Positions 21,179 to 30,536 of a stretch of DNA of 64,000 nucleotides are shown piece after piece. Made by a program: the position numbers and the translations under genes. Source of the stretch: Candidatus Hydrogenedentota bacterium (GTDB lineage Bacteria > Hydrogenedentota > Hydrogenedentia > Hydrogenedentales > SLHB01); contig CAXXYE010000008.1 in NCBI GenBank assembly GCA_963674865.2, forward strand, positions 352,001-416,000, read 5' to 3'. Below the pieces are notes generated by a model, which was not told where the DNA came from, did no database searches, and saw only the letters and a list, made by a program, of their open reading frames with translations. Every line of letters starts with the position of its first letter. The stretch's first letter is position 1.

Positions 21179-23512
21179 ATGGAGTATGCGAGCGATCATG
21201 TCGTGTCGTGTTTGAGTGGCGCTTCAGTTCTCCGCCCATTCTGGGTAGCCGTTCTCGCGGCTCTATTCGTGTTGTTGTCCAACCCAGTCGTGGCGGAGCT
21301 GATAGTCGTCCAGGTGTCGGAGATGACGGGAATCGACCAGTGGAAAGAGGGGCAGTCTTGGGGGGCAGGCAACTTCTTCACCTCCAATGGTTCACCGGTC
21401 AGCAAGCGCGTTGCCTTTGAGGGTGGCGAGTACCAAGTCTATGCCCGAATCTATACGTCACCGTCAGCGCCAGCGGACATCCGGATCTGGGTGAATGACG
21501 CCTGTCTGATTCCGCCCATGCAGGCGAAAGTGTGTAAGTTTGGATGGGTGCGGGTGGCATCGGTGATCCTGCCCAAGAGCGAGGCTGAAATCCGCGTGGA
21601 GTCACCAACCCCGGGCAAAGCTAGTGACCACAGCTTCGCGGCCTTGGCCTTCTGCTCGACACCTATGGATGACCGCGTCGGCCGGGTCATTGCGCTTACA
21701 GAGTGGCTTCGGAGCGAGTTGGTTCGGCTGGAAGCCCCCAAACCCGCCCCCAGAACCTTGGCGGAAGTTAGCGAACGCCAGCAGGCATTGCGCAGCAAAC
21801 TCCTAGGTGCATTGGGTTTAGACCCGCTCCCGCCTCGGACGCCTCTAAACTCGGTCGTCAAAGGCCAAATAGAGAAAGCGGATTACGTCATCGAGAAAAT
21901 CGCTTACGAAAGCCGGCCGAACCACGTCGTACCCGCGCTACTCTATCTGCCGAAAAACGCGCCGAAACCAGTTCCGGCGGTCATCAGCGCTATTGGCCAC
22001 TGGAGCTATGGCAAGAGTTCTGTGAAGCCCCAGCTGCGGGGGATCGGTCTAGCCAAGCATGGCTACGCGGTCCTGGCAGTCGAGGGAGTCTATGCTTGGG
22101 AGCGGCACATACCGGACAATAGTGAGGGTTTCGAGCCATTGGTCGCCGGTGGCGCCATCGTGGGCCATGAAGTATGGGACATCATGCGGGGTGTGGATTA
22201 TCTCGAAACACGTCCTGACATAGACGCTACCCGCCTGGCCGTCACGGGAGCGTCCGGCGGCGGGCTGCAGACCTTCTACGCGGGGGCGGTGGATGAGCGC
22301 TTCGACGCTGTGATGCCGGCAGTTGCCCTTTGGCCCATGTCTGAACTTGCTGTCAACTTCTACTACTCCAAGGATAACTGGGTACCTGGAATCTCGCAGA
22401 TGGGTGGTATGGGGAGCTTGATAGCCATTACTGCGCCCCGGGCCATGCTGATTATGAACGTGGACGCGGACTACGCCACAAGCTACGCTTGCGAACAAAT
22501 AGTAAATGCCGCCCGGCCTTTCTATCGCGTCTTGGGAGCCGAGTCCCGAATCTTACACACCATACAACCGGGCGTTCATGACTACACCAAACTCATGCGT
22601 GAAAACACGTGTGCCTTCCTGGACCGTTGGCTCAAGGGCGTCGGTGATGGCTTCCCAGTAGAAGAGCCTCCAATCGACAGCGAGGTGTTCGACGAGGAGG
22701 ACCCTGCGCTTCTTGTTTTCGAAGGAAAGGGTATACCCGAAGATGGCGCCGAAACTGTTGGGAGTATCTGGACCGGGAAGGCGGCCGCCTTATGCGCAGG
22801 GCTGCCGGATCAGCCGGAAGCTCTGCCCGGGAAGCTTCGCGCCCTCCTCGATATACCCGGTCTCCAGGCTCCCGAAGCTGTGCTGACTGACCGGGGTTTC
22901 CTTCTGACTACCGATCCCGGTGTGCAGGTGGCCGTGTTGCACATGGGCAAAGGGCCGCGAGCCGTCATTTGGCTCGGGGAGTCTGATTTCGAGGCGGAAT
23001 CACAGCGAGACGAGGTCCAGACGCTGGCGCGAAACGCCTCTGTATTCGTTGTGGAGCCCCGCGGCGCTGGCATGCCGGGGGAAATGCACATTTTGCGCCA
23101 AGCCCCCATCGTTATGGGACGTCCACTCGGCGGGATGTGGGCATACGACCTACTGTGTGTTGTGAACTATCTGGATGGCCAGCAGGAGTTTGAGAGTGTC
23201 TCAGTGGCGGGCCGGGGCCGCGAAATGGGTCTGGCGTGCCTAATCGCGTCGCTTCTGGACAACCGTATTAGGGGGACGGCAATCGACGGAATGTTCTCGA
23301 GCTTTGTGCAGCTTGTGGGTTACGGCAATTCGGCTTTAAACATCCCCGGGATTCTGAAGGTGGCTGACGTCGAACACCTCGTGCGCGCTGCCGGTGAGGA
23401 CCGAGTTCTACTGAATAACATGGACAGATCCGAGTGGGCGGGAGCACTGCAATCTTCCTACAGGCCTGCCGTTGAGTTCTTCGAGCAATGGCTTATGGCC
23501 GCATCAACTTGA
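21179..23512 (+). CDS. Secreted acetylxylan-esterase-like alpha/beta hydrolase (tandem domains)
   Basis: IEKIAYESRP, WDIMRGVDYL, TGASGGG and HDY motifs; second degenerate domain (GMWAYDL). Confidence 0.75.
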   Translation: MEYASDHVVSCLSGASVLRPFWVAVLAALFVLLSNPVVAELIVVQVSEMTGIDQWKEGQSWGAGNFFTSNGSPVSKRVAFEGGEYQVYARIYTSPSAPADIRIWVNDACLIPPMQAKVCKFGWVRVASVILPKSEAEIRVESPTPGKASDHSFAALAFCSTPMDDRVGRVIALTEWLRSELVRLEAPKPAPRTLAEVSERQQALRSKLLGALGLDPLPPRTPLNSVVKGQIEKADYVIEKIAYESRPNHVVPALLYLPKNAPKPVPAVISAIGHWSYGKSSVKPQLRGIGLAKHGYAVLAVEGVYAWERHIPDNSEGFEPLVAGGAIVGHEVWDIMRGVDYLETRPDIDATRLAVTGASGGGLQTFYAGAVDERFDAVMPAVALWPMSELAVNFYYSKDNWVPGISQMGGMGSLIAITAPRAMLIMNVDADYATSYACEQIVNAARPFYRVLGAESRILHTIQPGVHDYTKLMRENTCAFLDRWLKGVGDGFPVEEPPIDSEVFDEEDPALLVFEGKGIPEDGAETVGSIWTGKAAALCAGLPDQPEALPGKLRALLDIPGLQAPEAVLTDRGFLLTTDPGVQVAVLHMGKGPRAVIWLGESDFEAESQRDEVQTLARNASVFVVEPRGAGMPGEMHILRQAPIVMGRPLGGMWAYDLLCVVNYLDGQQEFESVSVAGRGREMGLACLIASLLDNRIRGTAIDGMFSSFVQLVGYGNSALNIPGILKVADVEHLVRAAGEDRVLLNNMDRSEWAGALQSSYRPAVEFFEQWLMAAST

Positions 23513-23556
23513 CGAATGAGCGGTATGCAACTGCGGATAGAACAGAGGGGTGGCCC

Positions 23557-26500
23557 ATGGCAAAGAGATTTGCTGTCTGCGCGCTATTGATTGGGCTTGC
23601 CGCGCTGCCGGGTGGCGCGCGGGCGGACGATATCTTGCTGAACGGGCCATGGCGCTTCGCGTATACCAACAGCTCATCCCCGGCCGAAGTCGTGGAACGG
23701 TTCACCGTTGCGGTGATGATCCGCCCTAACCCGCAGCTTCCCACGGACGACCAGTTTGCCCTCGACATGCAGGTGCCGGGGTACTGGGATAACCAGTTGG
23801 GCTACATTCCGGAAGCTCCGTGGGGCAACAATGTTGCCTATTACGGGGGTTCAGACGCGCATCCGATTCGGTTTCCCTATCGTGGTTCAGGCCGGCCCCG
23901 CCATCCGGATGCAGGACTGCCTTTCGTGGCCGGTGTCGGCTGGTACAAGAAACAGTTTGATGTTCCCCGCGACTGGGATGGCCGCACCGTTATTCTCCGG
24001 GTAGGTGGCGCACGCGTTGATACCTACTGCTACCTGAACGGTGTATATATGGACATGCACCATGGTCACGACACGCCGGCGGAATTCGACTTGACAGGTG
24101 AATTGCTCTGCGGCGAGACCAACGAGATTGTCTTGGGCGTTGACAACGCGGTGCGCTGGATCAACAGTTGTGCGTTGCGTGGGTATAGCGGCGGGTCCGG
24201 GGGGATCTATGGCGATGTCTCTTTGCACGTGTCGGCGGGCTCCGGTCGCATCGCATCGTATTATGTGTATCCGGAGGAGGGCCTGGGACAGTTGCGGTGG
24301 CGCTCCGAGCTTACCGCCCCGGCCGGACTGCCCCGCGAAACGCGCTTGGCCTGGCGGATTGCCGACGACGCCGGGGAGACGATTCGCAGCGGCGAAATGT
24401 CGGTGCGCAATCTGGCTCCGGGCGAAGTACTCACCCCCCAATGGACCTGCACGACGGACGGCATTGAGCCCTGGAGCATCTGGGAGCCGAACCTTTACGA
24501 GATCGGGGTGCGATGGGAGAACGTAGATGGGACACCCATCGACGCCGTGAGCCGGCCGTACGGACTGCGGCGGCTTGAACAGCGAGACGGCCGGCTCTTC
24601 CTCAACGGCCGGCCCATCCTCCTACGCGGCATTTGCGAGATCTACTTCTTTCCGCCCGACATCCATCCACCGAATGACGTGGAGTACTTCCGCCAACGAC
24701 TACAACGCCTCAAAGAAGTCGGGTTCAATTTTCTCCGGTTCCACACGTGGGTCCCTATGGAGCCGTACCTGAGAGCGGCCGACGAAGTCGGTATGCTGAT
24801 GCAGCCCGAACACTCTATCAGTTCCACCCGCAACCCTCGTGACGATGCGCGCTGGGGCGAGATGATCCGTTCCTGCCGCTACCATCCGTCGGTTGTCATG
24901 TACTGCGGGGGCAACGAGGAAGTTGGCCATGAAGGGCTTATTTCGAAGTTCGCCGAGCGCTACCGCGAAGCCAAGGCTCTTGCCCCGGACGCACTTGTCA
25001 TCCCCATGCACACGATGTCCGGACCGGAATCTGAGGGTGGACGCGCCGACCTTCCCCTGCCGCCCCATTTTGAGGACGAGGACGCCTACTACGAGAGCCT
25101 ATGGGCACGCGTAACGCGGTATTCGGACGTCTTCGCGGCCAGAGCGAATGACTTCAGCTATTCCAACTTCACCGGCCGCGACTGGCGCGAAGTCGAGCCG
25201 GAATATATGCGCTATGAGCGCCCGATTCTGGCGCACGAATCCGGGATTATCGGCACGTACATCGACCTGTCGCTCGAGTCGCGCTATACCGGCACCATGC
25301 CGGCCGACCTCTACAAAGCCGCCCGCGAGTACATCACGGCGGCCGGCCGCCTCGATATGGCTCCCGTGTACTATGAGAACTCGGCCCGCTGGCACGGGCA
25401 GGCCCGGAAAGTCGTGCTCGAAAACCTGCGGAAATGCGATGTCTTCGACGGCTACGACCTCCTGGGCGCATGGGACAGCCACTGGCACAACTCGGGATAC
25501 GGATGCGGCATGTTGAACGAGTTCTTCGAGTTCAAGCCCGGCGACACACTCGAGCGCGTGCTTCAGTACAACGGAGAGAGCGTCCTGCTGCTAGACAACG
25601 CCAAGCGACACATTTTCCGTTGCGGGGAGAGCTTCGACGTGCCGGTCATGACGTCCCTCTACGGCGGCGCTGACCTGCTTAACGGGCGCCTGACGTGGCG
25701 CCTGCTCGACGACGGAAACGCGGTCCTGGATGGGCTCCTTGAAGACATCCAAGCACCGAATGGCAAGGTGGCCGAAGTGGGTAATATCGCGTTCACTTGG
25801 CCGGAACTGGATGCGCCGCGACACCTCGTGCTGGACGTCGCCCTGAAAGGCTCGGGATACGACATTACGAACCAGTGGGACTTCTGGGTGTTTCCGGGAC
25901 GCGAGGCGCCCGCCGTGTCCGCCGCCGCGGATAGCGAGGCCCTCGAACTGCTGCAAGACCGCTACCCGGGAATTCGCCCCGTGGCGGAAGCCCCGGAGGC
26001 GGCGCTCCGCATCGTGAGAACGCTCACCGAAGGCGACGTGGACCACCTCGCGGCGGACGGCGATGTGCTGTTTCTTGGCGCTAAACCGTTTCCCGCCAAC
26101 GACACCCGCTATCAGATCGGCGTGGCCGGCCGCGCGCACATGAATCTCGCCACGGTCATCAAGGAGCACCCCGCGTTCAAATACCTGCCGCACGAAGGCT
26201 GGTGCGACTGGCAGTTCAGCAAGCTCCTCGAGTACGGCAAGTGCGCCGAATTCAACAAGTTTCCCGTGACGTTCGACCCCATCGTGGAAGTCGTGAGTTC
26301 CTACAAGTACATCCGCCTGCAGTCGGCGATGTGGGAAGCCCAGACGAAGGGGGGCCGCATCTTCACGGTGTCGTTCAACCTCGACATGGACGATCCCGCT
26401 ACGGTCGCGCTTATGGACGGTGTTCTGGAGTATGTCCAGGGCGACGCTTTCCAGCCGGCAATCAGGATGTCGGTCGAGGAAGTGATACGGCCGCTGCTGG

Positions 26501-26568
26501 AGGGCGTCCGATTCAAGAGCCTCAAAGGAAACGACGGGAACTTCTACGCGGGAATGAGCCCTTTTTAG
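23557..26568 (+). CDS. Glycoside hydrolase family 2 protein
   Basis: LNGPWRF, GVGWYKKQF, WEPNLY, YGLR, FLNGRPILLRG, GFNFLRFHTW and HPSVVMYCGGNE motifs. Confidence 0.85.
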   Translation: MAKRFAVCALLIGLAALPGGARADDILLNGPWRFAYTNSSSPAEVVERFTVAVMIRPNPQLPTDDQFALDMQVPGYWDNQLGYIPEAPWGNNVAYYGGSDAHPIRFPYRGSGRPRHPDAGLPFVAGVGWYKKQFDVPRDWDGRTVILRVGGARVDTYCYLNGVYMDMHHGHDTPAEFDLTGELLCGETNEIVLGVDNAVRWINSCALRGYSGGSGGIYGDVSLHVSAGSGRIASYYVYPEEGLGQLRWRSELTAPAGLPRETRLAWRIADDAGETIRSGEMSVRNLAPGEVLTPQWTCTTDGIEPWSIWEPNLYEIGVRWENVDGTPIDAVSRPYGLRRLEQRDGRLFLNGRPILLRGICEIYFFPPDIHPPNDVEYFRQRLQRLKEVGFNFLRFHTWVPMEPYLRAADEVGMLMQPEHSISSTRNPRDDARWGEMIRSCRYHPSVVMYCGGNEEVGHEGLISKFAERYREAKALAPDALVIPMHTMSGPESEGGRADLPLPPHFEDEDAYYESLWARVTRYSDVFAARANDFSYSNFTGRDWREVEPEYMRYERPILAHESGIIGTYIDLSLESRYTGTMPADLYKAAREYITAAGRLDMAPVYYENSARWHGQARKVVLENLRKCDVFDGYDLLGAWDSHWHNSGYGCGMLNEFFEFKPGDTLERVLQYNGESVLLLDNAKRHIFRCGESFDVPVMTSLYGGADLLNGRLTWRLLDDGNAVLDGLLEDIQAPNGKVAEVGNIAFTWPELDAPRHLVLDVALKGSGYDITNQWDFWVFPGREAPAVSAAADSEALELLQDRYPGIRPVAEAPEAALRIVRTLTEGDVDHLAADGDVLFLGAKPFPANDTRYQIGVAGRAHMNLATVIKEHPAFKYLPHEGWCDWQFSKLLEYGKCAEFNKFPVTFDPIVEVVSSYKYIRLQSAMWEAQTKGGRIFTVSFNLDMDDPATVALMDGVLEYVQGDAFQPAIRMSVEEVIRPLLEGVRFKSLKGNDGNFYAGMSPF

Positions 26569-26644
26569 AGACCTTTGGCCGGCACTTGGCCGCACGCGTT
26601 TCCCGCGGCATCCCATTACGTCGTGCTTTCGGGGGGCGTGGCAG

Positions 26645-28423
26645 CTAGTTCGTCACCACGGTCACCTCGGACGTTTCCGGGTCTAGAACACGGACGGCTT
26701 CGCCGTCCCAGGCACCCGGGGATTCCACCTCGACCCCATCGACGGTCACGTCTTTGGCATGCGTGATGAGCACGGGGGCTGCGTGTTCGTGTCCCCGGGG
26801 CGCGCCGTTGTAGACCACTTTTGTGTTGCTAACTGTCACGCCGGTTGCGGAGCCCACGAACACCCCTGATCCGGGTGGGTCTATGATGGTGTTGTCCGCG
26901 ATGGTGATATCCCGCGCGGCCATGTCCTCCGCCAACTCTTGGCCCAGGCGCAGGGCGTTTACACAGATGCCGGCCCCGCGGATCGAGTCGGCATAGTGCC
27001 GGGCATAGCCCACGCCTTTGACTGTGTTGTTGCGCACGATGACGTCACGGGGGAGCGGACCCTCGGGCCAATCAGGCTCGTTGGACAAGACGATCCCGAG
27101 ACCCGCCGTGCGGTCGATCAGGTTGCCCTCGACAAGGCCCGGCCCGCCCCTGAGATAGATGGCATGCCGACGATGCAGGCGGAAGGTATTGTTGCGGATG
27201 ATGAAGCCCTCGCCGGAAGCGGACAGGTTGAAGAGCGAATCCGCATCGGTGTGGTCTTTGCCGGCCGTGATGCCTTCGATTGCCTCAGACAGCACGAGGC
27301 GCCACGTACCGCTTTCCCTGGTGGCCGACGCAGCTTTGGCCGTACCCAGCACGCGTCCGGCGCGCGGGTCGAACACGAGCAGTTCATCCCCCGGCAACAC
27401 GTGTGTCTTCGCGCCCGTCAACAGCTCGGTGGACGACACCACCTCGAGTACGTCGTTGGGCGGGCAGTAGATATTGATGCTGTCGTCGGCCATCCCCTCA
27501 AACAAGCAGTTCTCAATGATCGGGCCGACGCGATTCTGTTGGCAATGGACGCCGTCGGCGTCGAGCGTTAACAGGCGCTGCGTGCCGGGGCGGTGCAGGA
27601 TGCGCACGTTACGGACGGTGACGCGCTCGTTGGCCACGAGGGCCATGGCAAGCCCCGGCGCCGCGTGTATGGTGATGTCTTCAACACCAGAGTCCGAACA
27701 GGCGTGAAAGGAGATGATCGCTCTGCCGCCGCGTGCCATGTAGACGAAGGGGTCGCCGGGGTCCATGGCGCAGAGTTTGCCGGCCTCCCCTTCGCGCGGG
27801 AACATGCGCCAGACATTCCCCTCGATGTGCTCCCATCGTCTCATGAAAATGAAATCAGGCGCACCGGTCTTGAGGCGACGCTCGTTTCGGTCGAAGATCA
27901 TCCCCCACTTGCCGTAGGGCTCTGCGCATTCGGCGAACCAAGGCTCGGCGAGTGAGGGAAAATCGTCCTGCAGCGCGTAGTCAAAATGCCCCGCGTTGGG
28001 TTCCACCGATACAACCGTGCCTTGTGTGAACGGCGGTGGATTGTAGTCAACCGTCAGCCCGCGCACCCATGTGTTCTTGCAGGCGGTGAGCCCGAAGACG
28101 CCTATCCGGGGGTTCGTCACAAGGATCTCCGTCTTACTGGAAACGCCCCTGATGGTCAGCCCGTCGGCCTGCGAGACGAGAACACCTGTCTTGTTCGACT
28201 CCTCGTCTGCGAGGATGTATACGCCTGGCCCAAACAACACCTCGGCGCCGGGACCTGCAGCAATGGCCGCCTTCACCGCCGCACGGACAGCCGGCCCCGC
28301 ATCATCGCGGCTCCCAGCGACTGCTCCGAAGTTGTCGACCTCGAACACGTTCACGGCCGTCTCCTCCGCCCCGCAAACAAGCGCGGCAGCCATAACCGCA
28401 ACTGCCAGCATTCTTGGCATCAT
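26645..28423 (-). CDS. Secreted right-handed beta-helix protein (GH110 alpha-galactosidase-like)
   Basis: VDYNPPPFTQG, DADGVH and IENCLFEGMADDSIN motifs plus PbH1-type repeats. Confidence 0.7.
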   Translation of the reverse strand: MMPRMLAVAVMAAALVCGAEETAVNVFEVDNFGAVAGSRDDAGPAVRAAVKAAIAAGPGAEVLFGPGVYILADEESNKTGVLVSQADGLTIRGVSSKTEILVTNPRIGVFGLTACKNTWVRGLTVDYNPPPFTQGTVVSVEPNAGHFDYALQDDFPSLAEPWFAECAEPYGKWGMIFDRNERRLKTGAPDFIFMRRWEHIEGNVWRMFPREGEAGKLCAMDPGDPFVYMARGGRAIISFHACSDSGVEDITIHAAPGLAMALVANERVTVRNVRILHRPGTQRLLTLDADGVHCQQNRVGPIIENCLFEGMADDSINIYCPPNDVLEVVSSTELLTGAKTHVLPGDELLVFDPRAGRVLGTAKAASATRESGTWRLVLSEAIEGITAGKDHTDADSLFNLSASGEGFIIRNNTFRLHRRHAIYLRGGPGLVEGNLIDRTAGLGIVLSNEPDWPEGPLPRDVIVRNNTVKGVGYARHYADSIRGAGICVNALRLGQELAEDMAARDITIADNTIIDPPGSGVFVGSATGVTVSNTKVVYNGAPRGHEHAAPVLITHAKDVTVDGVEVESPGAWDGEAVRVLDPETSEVTVVTN

Positions 28424-28576
28424 CAAGGCTCCTCTGTGTCGTGGCCGACAGCCTAGCAGAGCGGGCTCGCACCGGCAAATGCCTCATGGGGGACGGCACC
28501 AGCTCGGCCCGTGCGGCCGGACAGGCGAGATTCGGCAAGAACAGTTCCGAGTCTACTTCCCCCGCGTTGGGGCAAG

Positions 28577-30184
28577 TCAGGGATCATTGGGGAGCGCCTC
28601 CACCGCCACTTCGTTGTCGGAAGAAGCGCGGCGCAGGATGACCGTGTGATTCGCGAAGTGGTAGCGAATCTCGTCCTCCTGGGCAATCCGGTTCTCATAT
28701 TGAGCCACTGTTTCTGGGGCCGCAAAATTATCGGTGAACACGTATCGCCCCTTTCCAGTGGGCACGACGACGACCCCGCCGGTCCAGCTTTCGACTAACC
28801 CACAGCGAACCGCGAGAGGGCCCCACGCCACACACACGGCCCCTTCCTCGACGCAGCGGCGTGCGTCCTCTGCGGTTTCCGGACTCAGTTGCTTGCCTGT
28901 CAGGAAGAGCAATGGAATGTTACGAAGGAGGTCATACCCTACGTGATCGTCGAAAACCACGACGCCGTTTAGGGGAACGAAGAAGGAATGGAACGCGGCA
29001 GCTTCCGGGTCGGTGGCATACGAGGGCGTGACCTCGACATGGTGGCGCGAATCATGCTTGGGCCCTTTGGCGCCAATCTTGAAATACGCCAGCCCATCAG
29101 CGCCGGTACGCCCTCGAGTGAGTACGTTCCAGAGGCTCAACCAAGCACGGGTATCGGCATCGCCTGTCAATGTCTTCGACCCGTAGAGGCCCGGCACACC
29201 CCATGACCGTTGTCCGAAATCGCCGTCCTCGAAGCGAATGACGGCCACTTCGGGACGAATGTCGCGGAAGGTCCATGGCCGGGGATGGGCGGGCAGGTAT
29301 TCACGGCAGAAACGCTTCAGCATCTCGCCATGGGGTGTGAGTTGATACAGCCTATCCTGGTGCACATTCACCAGCGAGAAAGGCGTGCCTTGGTGGCCGG
29401 CAGGAAACAGATTGTATCCCGCCCCCTCGAGATAGACCAGGTCGGCGCCAAGCCAGTAGGCAAGGAGCAGATTGCTCCAGACCTCTTGGGGGGGGTGCCC
29501 TGGCACGAGCTGGAAATACCACATGTCGCAGTCGACCCACAAGTCACTTTCATACTGCAGTGCAGCGCCCAAGCCGTTCGCGAGGCTCACGGGTGAGTAG
29601 AACTCCTTGCAGATTTTGGGGCAAGGCGTGAACCCTTCGCGGGCCGCGGTATGCAACAAGTTCGGCCAGACGTGCGTCGCGACTACGCGCGGTGCTCCAT
29701 AGCCCCGCATCTTCGTTCTGAGACGTGCGAAACCGTTAGATGCGCCGAGCCAGGCGTCTTCCAGCGACCGGAAGTCAGTCGGGTCGGCGAATAGTCCTTC
29801 GCCGTCCGGCGGAGCGAACTCGGGGTGCAGCAGACGTATGTGGGCCAACTCATCGAACACAACCCCTTCGAAGTGTGCCGCACTTGCGGAAGCCGCGCGG
29901 ACGGTGGCTTCGCTCGGATCGCGATGGTGACAGGCCAGTGCGAAGTCCAGGCCGAGCCGCTCGCAGAGGGCGATCATGGCGGCACCTGTCTCGTCCTCCG
30001 GAAGGTCTTGGGCAGGTGTGTTGCTGACGTAGAAATTCACGAATCCGATGCCCATGTCCTTCAGAGCGTTCTCGACCGCCCCCGTAGCCGGCACTTGGGA
30101 AGACAGCTCAATCCCTACGCGGAATGAAGGTGGGCTCCCACTTCCCGTCGAAGCCGCAAGGACTATGGAAAGCAGCACAATCAT
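28577..30184 (-). CDS. Secreted hypothetical protein (possible TIM-barrel glycosidase)
   Basis: Long ORF; AAGGAG RBS before MIVLL; signal peptide; VVFDE motif. Confidence 0.6.
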   Translation of the reverse strand: MIVLLSIVLAASTGSGSPPSFRVGIELSSQVPATGAVENALKDMGIGFVNFYVSNTPAQDLPEDETGAAMIALCERLGLDFALACHHRDPSEATVRAASASAAHFEGVVFDELAHIRLLHPEFAPPDGEGLFADPTDFRSLEDAWLGASNGFARLRTKMRGYGAPRVVATHVWPNLLHTAAREGFTPCPKICKEFYSPVSLANGLGAALQYESDLWVDCDMWYFQLVPGHPPQEVWSNLLLAYWLGADLVYLEGAGYNLFPAGHQGTPFSLVNVHQDRLYQLTPHGEMLKRFCREYLPAHPRPWTFRDIRPEVAVIRFEDGDFGQRSWGVPGLYGSKTLTGDADTRAWLSLWNVLTRGRTGADGLAYFKIGAKGPKHDSRHHVEVTPSYATDPEAAAFHSFFVPLNGVVVFDDHVGYDLLRNIPLLFLTGKQLSPETAEDARRCVEEGAVCVAWGPLAVRCGLVESWTGGVVVVPTGKGRYVFTDNFAAPETVAQYENRIAQEDEIRYHFANHTVILRRASSDNEVAVEALPNDP

Positions 30185-30536
30185 CAACCGTCTCCTTACT
30201 TCCGGCGCACCCATTGAGTGATTCAGTTCCATGGTCGCGCCAGGGGATGGCTGCACCTATAGGCAGCACGACGCCCCATTGGCACCAATGCGGCGGCGGG
30301 CCCATGCTCAACGCGGCATCTCGTGGCTCAAAATTGTCACATCGTCTGTATAGAATGTCGTCGCGGACTAGTTCCGCTCGGGGCATTGAGTCCGCCGAGC
30401 TGACAGGATACAGTAGCGTATGGGCGTGATCCCAGAACGGCTGCCACGCGGTCCGGGTGCAGGTCGCGGGTTCGAATTCTGCCCCCCTAGATGTCGATAT
30501 GAGGAGAGCGGAAGGTTGGGTTTCTTGAAATCGGGC

